From Eledone cirrhosa (Eukaryota), in contig OZ024747.1 in assembly GCA_964016885.1 (NCBI GenBank), forward strand, positions 15,190,001-15,254,000: DNA of 64,000 nt, read 5' to 3'. The position numbers and the translations under genes were made by a program. Positions 13,561-29,461 of this stretch are shown in pieces. Position 1 is the first letter of the stretch; the number at the start of each line of letters is the position of its first letter. Under the pieces are notes generated by a model. That model worked only from the letters and a program-made list of their open reading frames with translations, had not been told where the DNA came from and made no database searches.

Positions 13561-15011
13561 TACTCTTATTGTTATAATTGTAGTTTCTTGTAACGATGTT
13601 TTCGCATTTTCCCTTTTTACCTTTTGAAAAGCATATAGAAATAATGTGTTGTTGTAGAAATGCGGAGATCACAATAGTATAGTAATTGTGCAATGGAAGA
13701 AAAAAGTACAACTACATAACATGGTCTAAAGATAAAATACATTTAGCTTTAATCTCAAATGTTTGCCAGTTTTGTTTACTTATGTCTTTAAACATTACAG
13801 CCTAGTGTTATTATTATTCATATTATCTTTTATTATTTATTCATGGATTTATTTCTTATTATTATTTTGCGTCTTGTTACTTTTCTTAGATTTCCTTCTG
13901 TTTCGTTCTCACTCCTCTTTTTTTTCTTTCTTTTTCTTCATTTTCCTCTTCATTCTGTATATCTATGTTACGTTAACATTGGTTGGTATATATAAATATA
14001 TACTTGTATGTATGTATGTGTGTGTTAGTGCGTGTGTTTGGGCGTGAGTGCGTATGTGTGTAAGTGTGTGTATATATATACATATATATATTTATATATA
14101 TATATGTATATATATATATATGTGTATACACATATGTATATATATGTTTATATAAATATATTTTTGTCTTTTGTATCTGTTCAGTTGTTTCGTTTCAGTT
14201 TCGTTATTTTTATGGTTTTTGAAGATTTCAAACAATTTCTATGTTGTTCTGTCATTCCATTTGTGATAGTGAAAATTTCTTAAAGGATAAATTCAGGAAA
14301 AAGAAGTTATTGTAAGAACGATGTCTCTTGATTTGATATTTTAGTGGTTGGCGTGTAAAAGATGAATTCGAAGTTGAAATAAACAAGCAAATATACAATC
14401 GAGTAAATAACATACAAGTGTATAAATATATAAATAAATAAATGATAAGAAGCTGAATAAAGGAAGATGAAGTTGGGTGGGGAATTAGTAAGAGAAAATA
14501 GAAAGAATGGATACAAACCTCTAGAAAAAACAAACAAATATTTTTTTTACAAAAAATAATAACCCATATAAAATATACACAAAGGTAGTTTAAAGTTTGC
14601 CAAATTCACCGTTATGGCGTGTGGGTACTATGAAAATTATACAAAAAAGAGAATATAGTTCAGTATATATCACCTTATGACATATTGAAAGGGAGAAAAA
14701 AATTGTAAAACAAAGAGAAGCTGAAAAAAATAGACGCTTAGAAAAGCAAATAAATGTAAAAGGTAGGTGGTAGGTTCGAGGTGAGGTTAATCATAAAAGG
14801 GTATATAAAAATGGCGTCGCATAGTTTTCTGAAAGGTATTAGAATATCAAAGTCTACTGAAATGATGCTTTCTCTTTTTTCCAAAGACAGAAAGAAAGCA
14901 AGCGAGAAAATGAAGAAAGAAATGAGGGAGTGAGATACAGAGACACAGAAAAAAAGTAAAACGCCACATCTCCAGAGATAAGACCAAGGGGAATTCACGC
15001 TACATATATAC

Positions 15012-15044
<33 letters not shown>

Positions 15045-15189
15045 TTTCGCTATCAATGAAATACTTGTTTATGCAATTCACGCACACTCATTCACGCACA
15101 ACATCCCGCATTCATTCGAGGAAGTTTCTTTCAAAATTATAAACATTACGCTGTACAACTATTCCAACATGCATGCATACATACATAAA

Positions 15190-17068
<1,879 letters not shown>

Positions 17069-17456
17069 GAGAGAAAGAGTGGGAAAGAGAGAGAGGAGAG
17101 AGTAGATATCAAAAGATGTATATGGTCGTGAATGACATTGTGAAATGATATCTATGAGATATCTGTAGAAATTGCGTTGCTTTATCCATTGTTGTCACTT
17201 ATTCATATATTGACGCTCGTTACTGTACAAGATGTTTTCCTATTTTTCTATCTGTGAAAGTATTCGTATGTCTACGTGTCTATATCTTCTTTTTTTGTAT
17301 GTGTGTGGTGTGTATGAGTGTGTATGTGTATGTTTTAAGCTCGTTCTTCTGTCTATACGTCGTTTATGACTATTGTTATGTATCATACACCCATACATGT
17401 ATATAGAAAGAGAGCGAGAGGGGTTTGTGTATGAGTAGAGTGTGGAGTGGGCATAC

Positions 17457-17507
<51 letters not shown>

Positions 17508-17889
17508 TATGTATATATGAATAAGATGGTACTAATCAAGATTAGTAAGACCATTATTGAAGATAATATGTATAAGACAGATATGACCTATGTTTTTAAC
17601 ATGGACACTGTGAGTACAAAGATGAGACGCCAGAGGAAAAAGACTCGTCCCTTAGCCATAAGTATACATATACATATATACCTCGTATGTGTCATATATA
17701 AAACATCCACGAGAAGGACATATATTTTACTCGAGTAAGGAGAGTAAGGCGAAATGAAAGAGCAAGGAAAGTCTGGGAACAATGTGAGCAATAAGAGCAG
17801 GGAGATATACGATAGAAATGAGGGTAATGATTGCATGGAGAAAAAAAAAGTTAGGAGAGCAGATAGTAAGAAGAAAATGAAAAGAAGAA

Positions 17890-18260
17890 AAGAAGAGCAA
17901 TTTAAAGGAGAGCAATGAGAAAAGGAGAAAAGAAGAGCAGTGAGAAAAGGAGAACAATGAGAAAAAGGAGAGCAATGAGAAAAGGAGAAAAGAAAAGCAG
18001 TGAGAAAAGGAGAACAATGAGAAAAAGGAGAGCAATGATAAAAGAAGAAAAGAAGAGCAGTGAGAAAAGGAGGAGAATGAAAAAAAAGGAGAGCAATGAG
18101 AACAGGAGAGCAAGGAGAAAAGGGGAGTCATTATGAAAAGAGAGCAAGGAGAAAAGGAGAGCAAGGAGAGAAGAAGAGCAATATAGAAAATGGAGAGCAA
18201 TGTGGAAAGGAGAATTAGTTGGAAAAGGAGAGCAATAAGGAGAACAAGAAGAAAGGGAGA
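17890..18260. repeat. GA-rich minisatellite, 60-bp period built from shorter GAGCAATGAGAAAAG-like subunits
   Basis: About three near-identical 60-bp units at 17909-18090, decaying outward. Confidence 0.85.
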
Positions 18261-18679
18261 ACAAGTAGAAAATGTGACCAAGGAGCTACTTCCACAGACC
18301 ACCACCACCACGCGAATCCCCACAATACCACCATACCAACCTCAGTCGCTGCCGCTACGACACAAAAGTAAGCAAGACAATAAACAAACAACTACGATAA
18401 TAAAGGAAACAACAACAATTTAAACAATAGTAACAGCAACAAATTGTTTGTAATAATGAATCGCTTGTTATATGGATATTTATGAATGAAAGAAATATTG
18501 TTTACAAACACAAAGAAAAGGAAGCTTGGAATGACATTTTTACTTTATAAACAATTCCCACACTCCCGAACAATAAATTCGTTTTTACTTAAAATACAAA
18601 TGCTAATGAATACTTGCAAAGCTCTTGCTGTCACCTTTTTAATGACCATAATAGGCTCAGGCTCACATATACACATACA

Positions 18680-18884
<205 letters not shown>

Positions 18885-18976
18885 TTTCACTACGCGGTAC
18901 GTTGAGGAATTCTACCATAAAGTTAGGACAAAGCATCGTGAACGAAATTCTGTAAACGAAAACTCTGTCTATATAC

Positions 18977-19008
<32 letters not shown>

Positions 19009-19088
19009 CATATTTAGATATATTCACACACATAACCACACACACTCTTTCTCTCTCTCCCTCTCTCACACACACATATATATATAAG

Positions 19089-19144
<56 letters not shown>

Positions 19145-19169
19145 GCTAGAAAGACAGATAAATACATAA

Positions 19170-19240
<71 letters not shown>

Positions 19241-20734
19241 TTTGAATTACAAAAGAATTCTCTGAAAAGCTCATTAACTACGATATTGTTATATTATATT
19301 TATTTATTGTCAGAACATAATTAGAACTGAGGACAAGTTGAAACCTTGCCCTAAATACCGTACATAGAATGTACATATAAATATATGAGTATTATACTGT
19401 CACGATGCTAATCTCATTTATTTTCAGTGAGGTTTAGTAAGAATATTGATGTAGTTGACTTTATATCGTTGTCATTGTCATTTAGATCCAAGTTGCTCCT
19501 GATCTAGAAAACCAATCAATTTTGATACTGAAACCACCACGGTCCCATCTTTTGTTTTAAGTATTCCCACAAACATTATTCAATGCATAGATTTTAAAGA
19601 GGGTGAAGAATGGTTTGATTGTGGGGATTTCTTTCCTATTTCTAGCAGATTAAATTATCACGTAGAGTCTTATTGCGTTGGCTCAATAACCGAACCTAGT
19701 ATTTCATTGGTGGGATAGAAGACAAAGTTCACTCTATCTTTTAAATTGTTCTGATGATGAAAATACACATTTCTATATACAATCTAAAATGATCTTGTAC
19801 CAATGATTGTGATTTATATTTCGACCCCGAAAGAGTAAAATAGAATTCTGAGAGTTATCTACTTAGAATTCAAGGGGACGAAAACAATAAACTCATGAAA
19901 TTACATTCGTCCTTCTATGTATATATTTTGTAGAGCGTATTTTCTTTTTGTACATTAGTATATCCTGGCTATGACATTAAACTGCATACAGTGGCAATGC
20001 TACAGTTCGAGAGTTCAGGAACTGTGGAAAATATAGAGTTACCCCTTAGTTGTTATCACTACCAGGTCTGCACTGAACCGGAACAGTAGTACCTTTTAGG
20101 ACCCTATTTATGGGTTAAATAATTACCTTACTCGAGTGGCACCGGAAAGTGTTATCAGCCACAGAAAAGAAAAAGAAATATGTATGTGATTATCAATATA
20201 TAGTTTCTTCTTTCCGTTTCTTTAATCGGTTTCATGGGAATTTCTTATCAGAATTGATAAAGTTAAACACTTCATTCACTATAAATCCCCCAAGAACACA
20301 CGCAAGCATTTCACTAAATAAAATTGATTCAACGACGAGCTTGTATTGAACCGCAATCAATTATATGTTTACATTTAATCATTGGATTATCAATTAGTAG
20401 ACACAAGATAGATTCTAATGGAATGTTCACAATTCATACTTTTACATATCTACGTTACGTCATTTTGTTGAAATGTAAACACACACACACACACACATGC
20501 ACACTCGCACGCACACAGACGTATATATTGTTTGAGCTGACTCAGGCGAGCAAGGATGCATCCCATTGTTACCTCGTGTACAAACACACGAGAGCGAGAA
20601 ATTTGGAATAGTAACGGCTTGAATCATCAGTTAGGAACGAATACATGAACTATTACTAGTAAAAGTACATTACTCTGTGTTTGTGTATCAAAAGCGCACA
20701 TATTCACACATACACACATACACACACATACACG

Positions 20735-20767
<33 letters not shown>

Positions 20768-20769
20768 GT

Positions 20770-20809
<40 letters not shown>

Positions 20810-21342
20810 CTATATATTTCTATATATATTTCTATATATATATATATATGTATGTATATATACATATATATGTATACAAACATACAAAGGAGCTCTGAAG
20901 AGTCAATGGCCATCCAAAATCACCAGGAGAGATGACTCCTTAGCCTCTGTCAAGGCAGAATTCTAGGAGAAGGAAAACTCTGATATAACACCTGCAACTC
21001 TGATGGTATCCAATGATGTTGACTTGTTGTTCTTGTTGTTAAATATCATCTTGGTTAAGAGATGGGACTGGCTTTGTGCAGTGCCTTTGCTCACTATAAA
21101 AGCTTCACGGCACAGGCATTGCTTTATATCTGGAGATCTCTCTGCACTTGTCGTCACATGTTACCATGGGTCCAGCACTATGTGTCAATAATTGTCACAA
21201 GTGTAGTGTTTGTACCAGAGTTTTCAAGTAGCTGGCTAGACTAAAAAGTCACACTCCTCGTTCAGCGCATTGGTAGGTGTTCTCCTACATGGATATAAAG
21301 TAGTGGCCGTACCCGAAAACGAGTTGGCAGCCACCATATATG

Positions 21343-21410
<68 letters not shown>

Positions 21411-21414
<4 letters not shown>

Positions 21415-21587
21415 AACCAGTAAGACCCCGACAGCTGAGCCGTTTCGACGGCTGAGCTCAAGCCGTCGAAACGGCTTGAGCTCAGCTGTCGGGGTCTTAC
21501 TGGTTCCTATTACCCACTCTACTACCTCAAGTATTGAGTACTTTGGTGGGTTATGGTCCACCTGGTTTCCTTACCACATTTCCTTCG

Positions 21588-21590
<3 letters not shown>
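21411..21590 (+). mobile_element. family A copy 2, fold-back
   Basis: (TA)n-GGAACCAGTAAGACCCCGAC...inverted...GTCGGGGTCTTACTGGTTCCTA plus tail to CCTTCGTTA(TA)n. Confidence 0.85.
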
Positions 21591-21640
<50 letters not shown>

Positions 21641-21678
21641 ATGATCAACAGAATGTTTTATCTAAGTAGAGAATGGCA

Positions 21679-21910
21679 TTCAATTATATGTGTTCCTGAT
21701 CGGTTGCCAGTGTACCTCTGCAAGTAGAAATATTGATATAGTGTTTTCTAAGAAAGGTAATCTTATCTAACCTTATTTCTTATAAAGTAGATGTACATCT
21801 ACTTTATAAGAAATAAGGTTAGATAAGATTACCTTTCTTAGAAAGCACTATATCAATATTTCTACTTGCAGAGGTACACTGGCAACCGATCAGGAACACA
21901 TATAATTGAA
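21679..21910. repeat. 232-bp spacerless palindrome
   Basis: 116-bp arms centred on ATGT|ACAT (21794/21795), one mismatch. Confidence 0.95.
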
Positions 21911-22140
21911 CCTCCATCGGTTACGACGGTGAGAATCCTAGTTTTTTTATCAACAGAACAACCTGCTAATGAAATGATTGAGAAAGTGTTTGAGCATTCG
22001 ATTGACACGTATAACCTAAATGTGGTTCTCAGATAGACTCAGTGTGACACAGGGTGGAACAATGCTGGCCTTTTGAATAAGAACTATAACTCATTATTTC
22101 CAGTTCTGTGGATTGAACCAACATAAAATAAAGTACATTA
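21911..22140 (-). mobile_element. decayed SINE family 2 body
   Basis: Similarity to 7300-7462 and 7675-7710. Confidence 0.6.
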
Positions 22141-23217
22141 GTAGAGAAGATACATATTTATTTTATATAGAAATGACTTCTATGGGACTAGAAGTGTTTC
22201 AATCATTTGAGACCATCAAGGGAAATTCTGATTATTTCAAGCGAATTAATGAGTTTTAGGCTTCTAGAAGACACACACAGACACACACAAACACAAACAC
22301 ACACACATACATACATTGAGCGTATCTGTGTGTGTACGTATGTGTTTACGTGTACGTATGCGTGCATGCGTGTGTGAGCGTGTGTATGTTTATATGGAAG
22401 TCTCTCACTCTCTCTCTCTCCCTCTCTCTCTCATATGCATTAGTCTACCCGAAGTGGTCACACAGGTATTAAGAAAGTGTGAGAAAGAGGAAGAGGGAAA
22501 GAGATATAGAGAAATAATCGACTTCAGAACTGTACTTGATTTATCGACCTCGAAATAACGAAAAGCAATGTTAACCTTGGCGTGATATAAACTCAGAACG
22601 GAGAGAGCAGAAACGAATACCATATAAAGCATTCAATCTGCCGTTCTAACAATAATGCCAATTCTAACGATTCTGCCAATATATGGCATAAAACGCCTTC
22701 TTATATATTCAATGTTTTATAGATAAAGTATAATAATAGTGAATATATATCTTGTATTAGTAATCCATATCACTTGTTTTAGTTTAAACAATAAATTCAA
22801 AGCAGGTAACAGCTTTCCTTTCTTCATTCGTTTTTCCTTTGATGTTTATAAAGATAGTAAATGTACTCCCGATTACTTAGGTTTTAATGTGTCGATCCTC
22901 CACAAGCTGTTTGTATATCAGTTAACAAAGCGCTTGTCGATAATCCGAATCACAATGTCAAAAAGTTTTTTAAAAGTCGTTGATTCTAGATAGCAAAGAT
23001 ATCATTGAAAGAAGAAAGAAAAAAATAATATATATAATGAATATAATAGTACATCTGATAATTCAACGTATTTAAAAGGAATTAAGTATTCTAAATGAAT
23101 TCGAAGTTTATAGTGATAAGATCTGTTACAATTTGGCACTTACGATTAACATTTGTTACAATAGATAAACAATAGTAAACGGACGGAAAATTGTATGCCT
23201 CTAGCGCTTTATTCTCG

Positions 23218-23280
<63 letters not shown>

Positions 23281-23312
23281 CACACATTCATGCATAATTG
23301 CATATGGATGAG

Positions 23313-23367
23313 AGACACACCTTCTGATGGAGGCCCAATTGGGTCCAAAAATTGATTAAGTGTGTCT
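23313..23367 (+). ncRNA. decayed minimal type I hammerhead in a TA-flanked insert (23280-23435)
   Basis: AGACACACCTT-CTGATGG-AGGCCC-AATT-GGGTCC-AAAA-ATTGAT-TA-AGTGTGTCT; all three helices recognisable, core boxes mutated. Confidence 0.6.
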
Positions 23368-25001
23368 AACAGTTTTTAAAATTACAAGGAAATTCTTATT
23401 TTCTAACACGTTTAATGTGTGTTTATTTATATATATACATTACTATTGTCCGGATGGCACATTCTGGATATACACAGATATAACTGTATTGCTTATATAT
23501 ATATTGATATACGTTGATTTCAAGTTGCTTTAATTTCCCCTCTTGAAAATGTGTCAGCGTCAGCTAGCGGTTAGTCGTGCGATAGAGTAGCGTCCCTTTC
23601 AGTGAAGAAGCATAGTACACTCAGCCGGTTAGTGTTTCATGAAACTGATATAAACTCTGACCTTAAAACAACTTGTCCAAACATGGAAGAATAAATGTGA
23701 AAAAAATGGTGGAGCATATAGTCAATTCTCCGAAATTACAAGCTTGAGGAGTAAGTGAAAGCGAAAAGCGTAACGCTGTAACAGACCAGAACTTACAAGA
23801 TTTCATCACTTTCAATTGAATTACTCTTCCAGAGTCAAGTTTAACAAATAAGACAAATATGTGTCAAAAGACAAACCTCATCCATGTCAAGGATTTCATT
23901 TTTTTAGAATAAAGGGATAATGATGTGTCGATGAATGTTAATGACACGAATGAAATATCGAACTATGTAATAAGAGCTTAATGCTAGACTAGGATGGTCT
24001 GGGAACATTCCAACAGCGTACAATTGCAATACTCCCAAAATAGAGCCAATTTTCCAGATAGGTTCACTGCTGGTGTTAACGATGAATATTCTAATGTTTG
24101 ATGTACGGAATTATTTATCATAAAAAAATAATGGGAGTGATTGAATATTCCATAAACTGTATACCACTAATACACTCCCAGGGAGATTCGAAGTGAATCT
24201 TTGAACAAATACTAAACTGTAAGCTTTGATACATTGCCCCACATAACTTGGATCAACGAAAGGCTTATGCTGAAACATATCCCACCGGGGATTAGAACCA
24301 GAGAACACATTATTTTAAAATGACCCCTTTAACCATTCGGTCATGCCTGCCTCACAAAGTAGAGAAAATATACAAAAAGAACATTGCCGCTTTTAAAATT
24401 AATTTGAAACGAAGAAAGCAAAACGCCTAAACACAATTGAAATATTTTCATGAAACGTAATTAATTGTACGGTCTGATGAAATACTTGACTCACATTTTT
24501 TTATACCTAATATCTTTAAGCAAATGAAAAGAAAAAAAATGAGTTTTTTTTGTGATACAGCAGTATTAATATTAACAATAGTTATTACATTGAACGAAGA
24601 ACAGATAAGCACACAAAGAAACCTATATGCGGTTTATCGACTTCTTAGAAACAGCAGCTGTTTTCCTCTGAAGTCGCACCTTTCTGTAATAAAAAAAATG
24701 AGACACTGGAAAATTTTGTTCCTGATATACAAAATGGTAGACTGCTTTGATAGCATTGCTGTGGCGGGGTTTTTGTGTGGTGGTGGTGGTTGGCTATTCT
24801 GAGGCATAGAGCTCATATAAACTCTTTATTTGGTGAATTTACTGGAAATGTATAGACAGTTGGTATTTTATATTAGACACTATGCCAGCACATTGCAATA
24901 ATCTTACTAGTAGGCTGAAGAATTGAACTCAGAGCGTAAGGAACTTAGAGATATGCTGTAAAGCAGTTGAACAACCGCTCTAAAACTTCTACTAATTTAC
25001 T

Positions 25002-25134
25002 GCTCTTGATGGACACTATATTCATTAAACTCGAAATTTAATCTGGGTGGAATATGACCTTGGACTTCAAGTCCATGGTCATATTCCACCCAGATTAAAT
25101 TTCGAGTTTAATGAATATAATGTCCATCAAGAGC
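25002..25134. repeat. 133-bp palindrome
   Basis: 66-bp arms, 1-nt centre at 25068, two mismatches; abuts a decayed SINE head (24915-25003, minus). Confidence 0.95.
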
Positions 25135-25324
25135 TCAGCAAATACCAAGATTTGATTTATTTTGGTTAACTTTTGAATAAAAGACAACAATCGATCCAAC
25201 CAGTATTTATATACTGATTTATTGAAATGGAAAGAGGGAAATGTAAACAAGAAACGAAAGGGTAGTAACAAAATATTGTAAATCATTTTGTCCGGCATCC
25301 CACAGCTTATGCGATTTACTACTC

Positions 25325-25670
25325 TACAGTCGCACTCCGACAGGTTCGTGGTCATGCCCTTGGTAGTGGAGACTACTGGTGTCCTTGGCCCTAGGTCAAG
25401 CTCCCTACTCACCACCACAGGCGCTGAGCTGGCCAGCAGCAGGTGTGAGCCTCGCGAGTTGGAATGGTTCTTCCAGCGCATCTCCCTTACCATCCTCCGG
25501 GGAAACGCCTTCTCCATTGTGTCCGCCATGGCTATGGGGAGGCCAGCACGTGGGACCCCATTTGCTCACCATACTGAGAGATAGGGAGGGCGAGAGGGAT
25601 GGAGGCGATGACAGTGGGAGTTCAGCTCTTCCACGTTCCGACCATATTCTTGTGGCTGTGTTATTCAAGC
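25325..25670 (+). mobile_element. CRE-like LINE 3' end, copy 2
   Basis: SDRFVVMPLVVETTGVLG...WFFQRISLTILRGNAFSIV and the same 3' UTR as 10580-11000. Confidence 0.8.
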
Positions 25671-27070
25671 CCTAGTACAGATGTGACCATTACAATTAAA
25701 ATGATTTCTTACAACTGCGGTGGCAGAAATGAAAAAGAGAATATTTAACCAATACTGGACAGGCATTCTATTTATCAACCTGGAAAGGATCAAAGGCAAA
25801 GTTGACCTCGGAGAGATTTGAAGTCAATGAGTTGTGAGTCGAAGCGAATAACAAAAATCATTCTCTCAGACTTTCTAAATATTATGACCATTCGCTGTCT
25901 TAGTAATATTATGAGCTCATACCAATTATACATATTAATAATAGAATACTTCATAGCAATAGTCAGAACGTTACATATTTTATATCCTTCTCCCTCTTAA
26001 TTTTTTTAGTATTTCAAACATATACAACATTTAACATGTTTATGCAATCATACACATAGTCATGTTTATCATTCTATATTATTATTACTTGAATACCGTA
26101 TTTCTAAGTCATTAATATAACCGATGTACATCTACAACACAGAAAAATAAAAGAAAAAGAATCCCAGCATTTGTCTTACTAAGGAACACGAACGCCTCGA
26201 GTGAATCTAACATTGCAGTATTCTATTGATCCAACGAGATAGCATCTATCGTATAAATCAACCTGCTAGAAATAGCAGCTAAATCTACCTGAAATCACAG
26301 CATACCGTATCAAAATGGAAAATATCGTCCGAGATATACGGAACAACCGGCTTTTTGTTTTGCGTCTTCTCAACCAGGTTTAACTCGCCGAAGTAATTGT
26401 TGCCTTTCATACGTCCGGAGCCGATACGACAAAGTACCAGTCAATATTGTTGGATTTTCTAATTGACTGTTCCCTCCCGCTAGAATATTTCCGGTTTTCT
26501 AAATATCCTTGAAAAATTGTATTAGTTTATATAAAAAAAAATATTTGTTGTATTTTAAGAAAGATACGAGATTTTACAGTTAATCTACCAATTACAATTG
26601 CAATTTTGCAAAGTTACTAGTTGCATCAAACATTCCTCTTGTATTTGATCACAATATATATTCTAATCCTTGATGTCTATCTTCGGACACAAACAGGAAA
26701 TGTAAATATTTGTACAGAGACAGCAGATATGATTCTGAGAGTATTGTCCTTTTCTCGCTACCCATGGCGTTACTGAATGCAATCACTATCTGTGAATGTA
26801 GCGATCAATTTGTATTCACAGACATTCATAAATCTTTTCCTCATACAATAAATGACAATTTTAATGCATGCTTATTCAACAAAAATCCACTAAATATTTA
26901 TAACAAAAACATCTTAAAAACAGAATCTATGCCTACTTAAACAGTTAAAATTAAGTGTGCCTATTTTCTTTCAAATATACTTTTATTTATTCGTGTGTTT
27001 GTGTACACAGGAAGAAGAAAAGAACAGTAGACAGATGTTACCAATTGCCCAGCTAAACACTTACACAGAG

Positions 27071-27175
<105 letters not shown>

Positions 27176-27444
27176 ATATATATATATATATATATAAATA
27201 TAAATTAGCGAGAATCACATTTCGCCTATTGCAAATTGGCGAAAAACAACTTTCCGAAATGTGTGGCAAGCGCTCAATAGAAACGAGCGAACTAGAGCAA
27301 AAACATACGTTAAAAGGCCAAACACACTGAGACGATGGTTAAACCATTAACCGCAAAGCCATATATATATATGTGTGTGCCGGATGGTAGCTAAGATCTT
27401 CCATAGGCGGTATGTTGGTTGAGCACTTTATGCTCTTACAGAGC

Positions 27445-27650
27445 AGAGTATGATAGAATAGAAGACGAAAAATCAGTGATGCATCTGAACTCAATTTATT
27501 GTGTGTTACAATTGTTTCGCCGGCGGACAGTTCGAGACGCGATCATTGTGTGGATCTGTTTGATTCTGGACCTGCATGTTCGACGGACACGCCTAATGAT
27601 TTCTGAGCATATGCTCCGAAATCATTAGACTGATTTTTCGTTTTATATTA
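27445..27650 (-). mobile_element. TA-associated insert with 3'-half hammerhead and short inverted end
   Basis: Minus strand GGC-GAAA-CAATTG-TA-ACACAC-AATAAA (27518-27495); CGAAAAATCAGT (27466) inverted at 27629-27640. Confidence 0.55.
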
Positions 27651-27838
27651 TATATATATATATATATGCATATATATATGCATATATATACACACATACA
27701 TATATATATATTTGGGTGTCAGCCAAACTGACAGCAACTAGCCCTCTTGATCGCCTTCGCGTCCAAAGCATTTTTTTTAACTCCATATAGCCTCTTGGAT
27801 AGTGTTTACCATTATTTCTTTATTATATGACTATCATG

Positions 27839-27908
27839 CAATAAACACCTGATGATGTCACTAGAAACTTACGTAACCCGTCCACTGAAATGTACATATT
27901 ATTTGTTG
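27839..27908 (+). ncRNA. decayed hammerhead in TA-flanked insert (27712-27965)
   Basis: CTGATGA 27849-27855, GAAA-TGTACA-TA 27887-27898, helix I CAATAAACAC/TTATTTGTTG (8/10), helix II poor, AATAAA just downstream. Confidence 0.55.
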
Positions 27909-28046
27909 AAATAAATCTTCGAAGGAATTTCACAACTCTGGCCTCCTGTCATTTTACTCAATAATATATATATATATATATATTGTGTACCTTACTTACT
28001 GTGGCTACCCCCGATTGAACCCGGGATAAACACAAATATATATACA

Positions 28047-28094
<48 letters not shown>

Positions 28095-28095
28095 G

Positions 28096-28127
<32 letters not shown>

Positions 28128-28188
28128 TATACATATGTATATATATATATATATATATACATATGTATATATATATATATATATATAC

Positions 28189-28230
<42 letters not shown>

Positions 28231-28283
28231 GTATATATATATATATATATACATATGTATATATATATATATATACATATGTA

Positions 28284-28338
<55 letters not shown>

Positions 28339-28356
28339 GTATATATATATATATAC

Positions 28357-28403
<47 letters not shown>
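28047..28403. repeat. (TA)n array with periodic CATATG interruptions
   Basis: Visible. Confidence 0.95.
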
Positions 28404-28409
<6 letters not shown>

Positions 28410-29277
28410 TAGGGAAATGTGTCTGTCATTATGTTAAAGATGATATGTAAAATAAACATATTGCTCTGATAGTCAGACAATGACACCATGAACTCATGAA
28501 CTAATCGTTTTTACTCCCGTCTCTCTCACTGTCCCTGTGACACATTCTATCTCTTTCACTCACTCTCTCATAATCTCTCACTCTAAGTTTGTTTCTCCCC
28601 CAACAACTCTAATTTACAAAACGTGTGTGAGACACGTACACACTAACTCAATTACACACACACACACACTTGCTCTGTGTCTTCCATTTTAACACTCTTT
28701 CTTTGTCTTTCCCATACATACATACTTACATACAACCAGTAGAAAGCTCACACAACCACATATACTCATTTGTCATTGTATATTATTTTTACCTAGTATA
28801 TTCATTTCCTAAGAAAAGTAACAAAAACGAAACCACAACAGCAACAGCAAAAACAACGCAATAACAAGACCAACAATGCCTGAATAATAAATATAAAAAT
28901 GTCACACCAGCTCTCTTACTAACAAACATGAATGCTTTACAAGCCTACTATTTTTTACAATAAGACGGCGACAAAAATCATGTCGCGGCCAATTTATAAT
29001 GAATGCAGTCTAAAAGAGATACAGGTATTAATCACAATAAGATTTCTTTCTTTAAAAGGCATAGCTGAGAAGAAGAATACATAAATAAATAGTTAAATTA
29101 AAATGGGAGGTATGAGCAAAGGTGTGAGTGTCAAATATTTGCTGCTCACTGAAGGAAAAAAAGTAAGAAAGAAAAAAACCTCCGAGAAGAGCAGCAAAGC
29201 GTCAAATAGGTTTTGACGGAGATATATAAAAAATAAATATAGATAGTAAATATGACTACTACTATTAATAATAATAA

Positions 29278-29461
29278 TTGTTTCTACTTTTGGCACAAAG
29301 CCAGCAATTAACCAGTGCATTACTGGTACTTTATTTTATCGACCCTGTAAGGATGAAAGGCAAAGTTAACCTCGGCGGGATTTGAACTCAGAATGGCAAG
29401 GGCCGTAACTCTATGCGTCAAAGCATGGCGTCCGACCCTCTACCGATACTGCCAATCCACC
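29278..29461 (-). mobile_element. full-length SINE family 1 in (AAT)n
   Basis: Complete head and tail, flanked by direct repeat ATTAATAATAATAAT. Confidence 0.9.

Noticed and set aside
19751-19765. CTGATGATGAAAAT
   Set aside because: No helices and no TA-flanked element context; chance match.
20520-20640. Minus-strand CTGATGA with downstream hairpins
   Set aside because: No GAAA or helix I partner found; at best a very decayed fragment.
26790-26822. Short hairpin TCTGTGAATGTA...TGTATTCACAGA as a miRNA precursor
   Set aside because: A stem of about 12 bp is too short and no known mature sequence was recognised.
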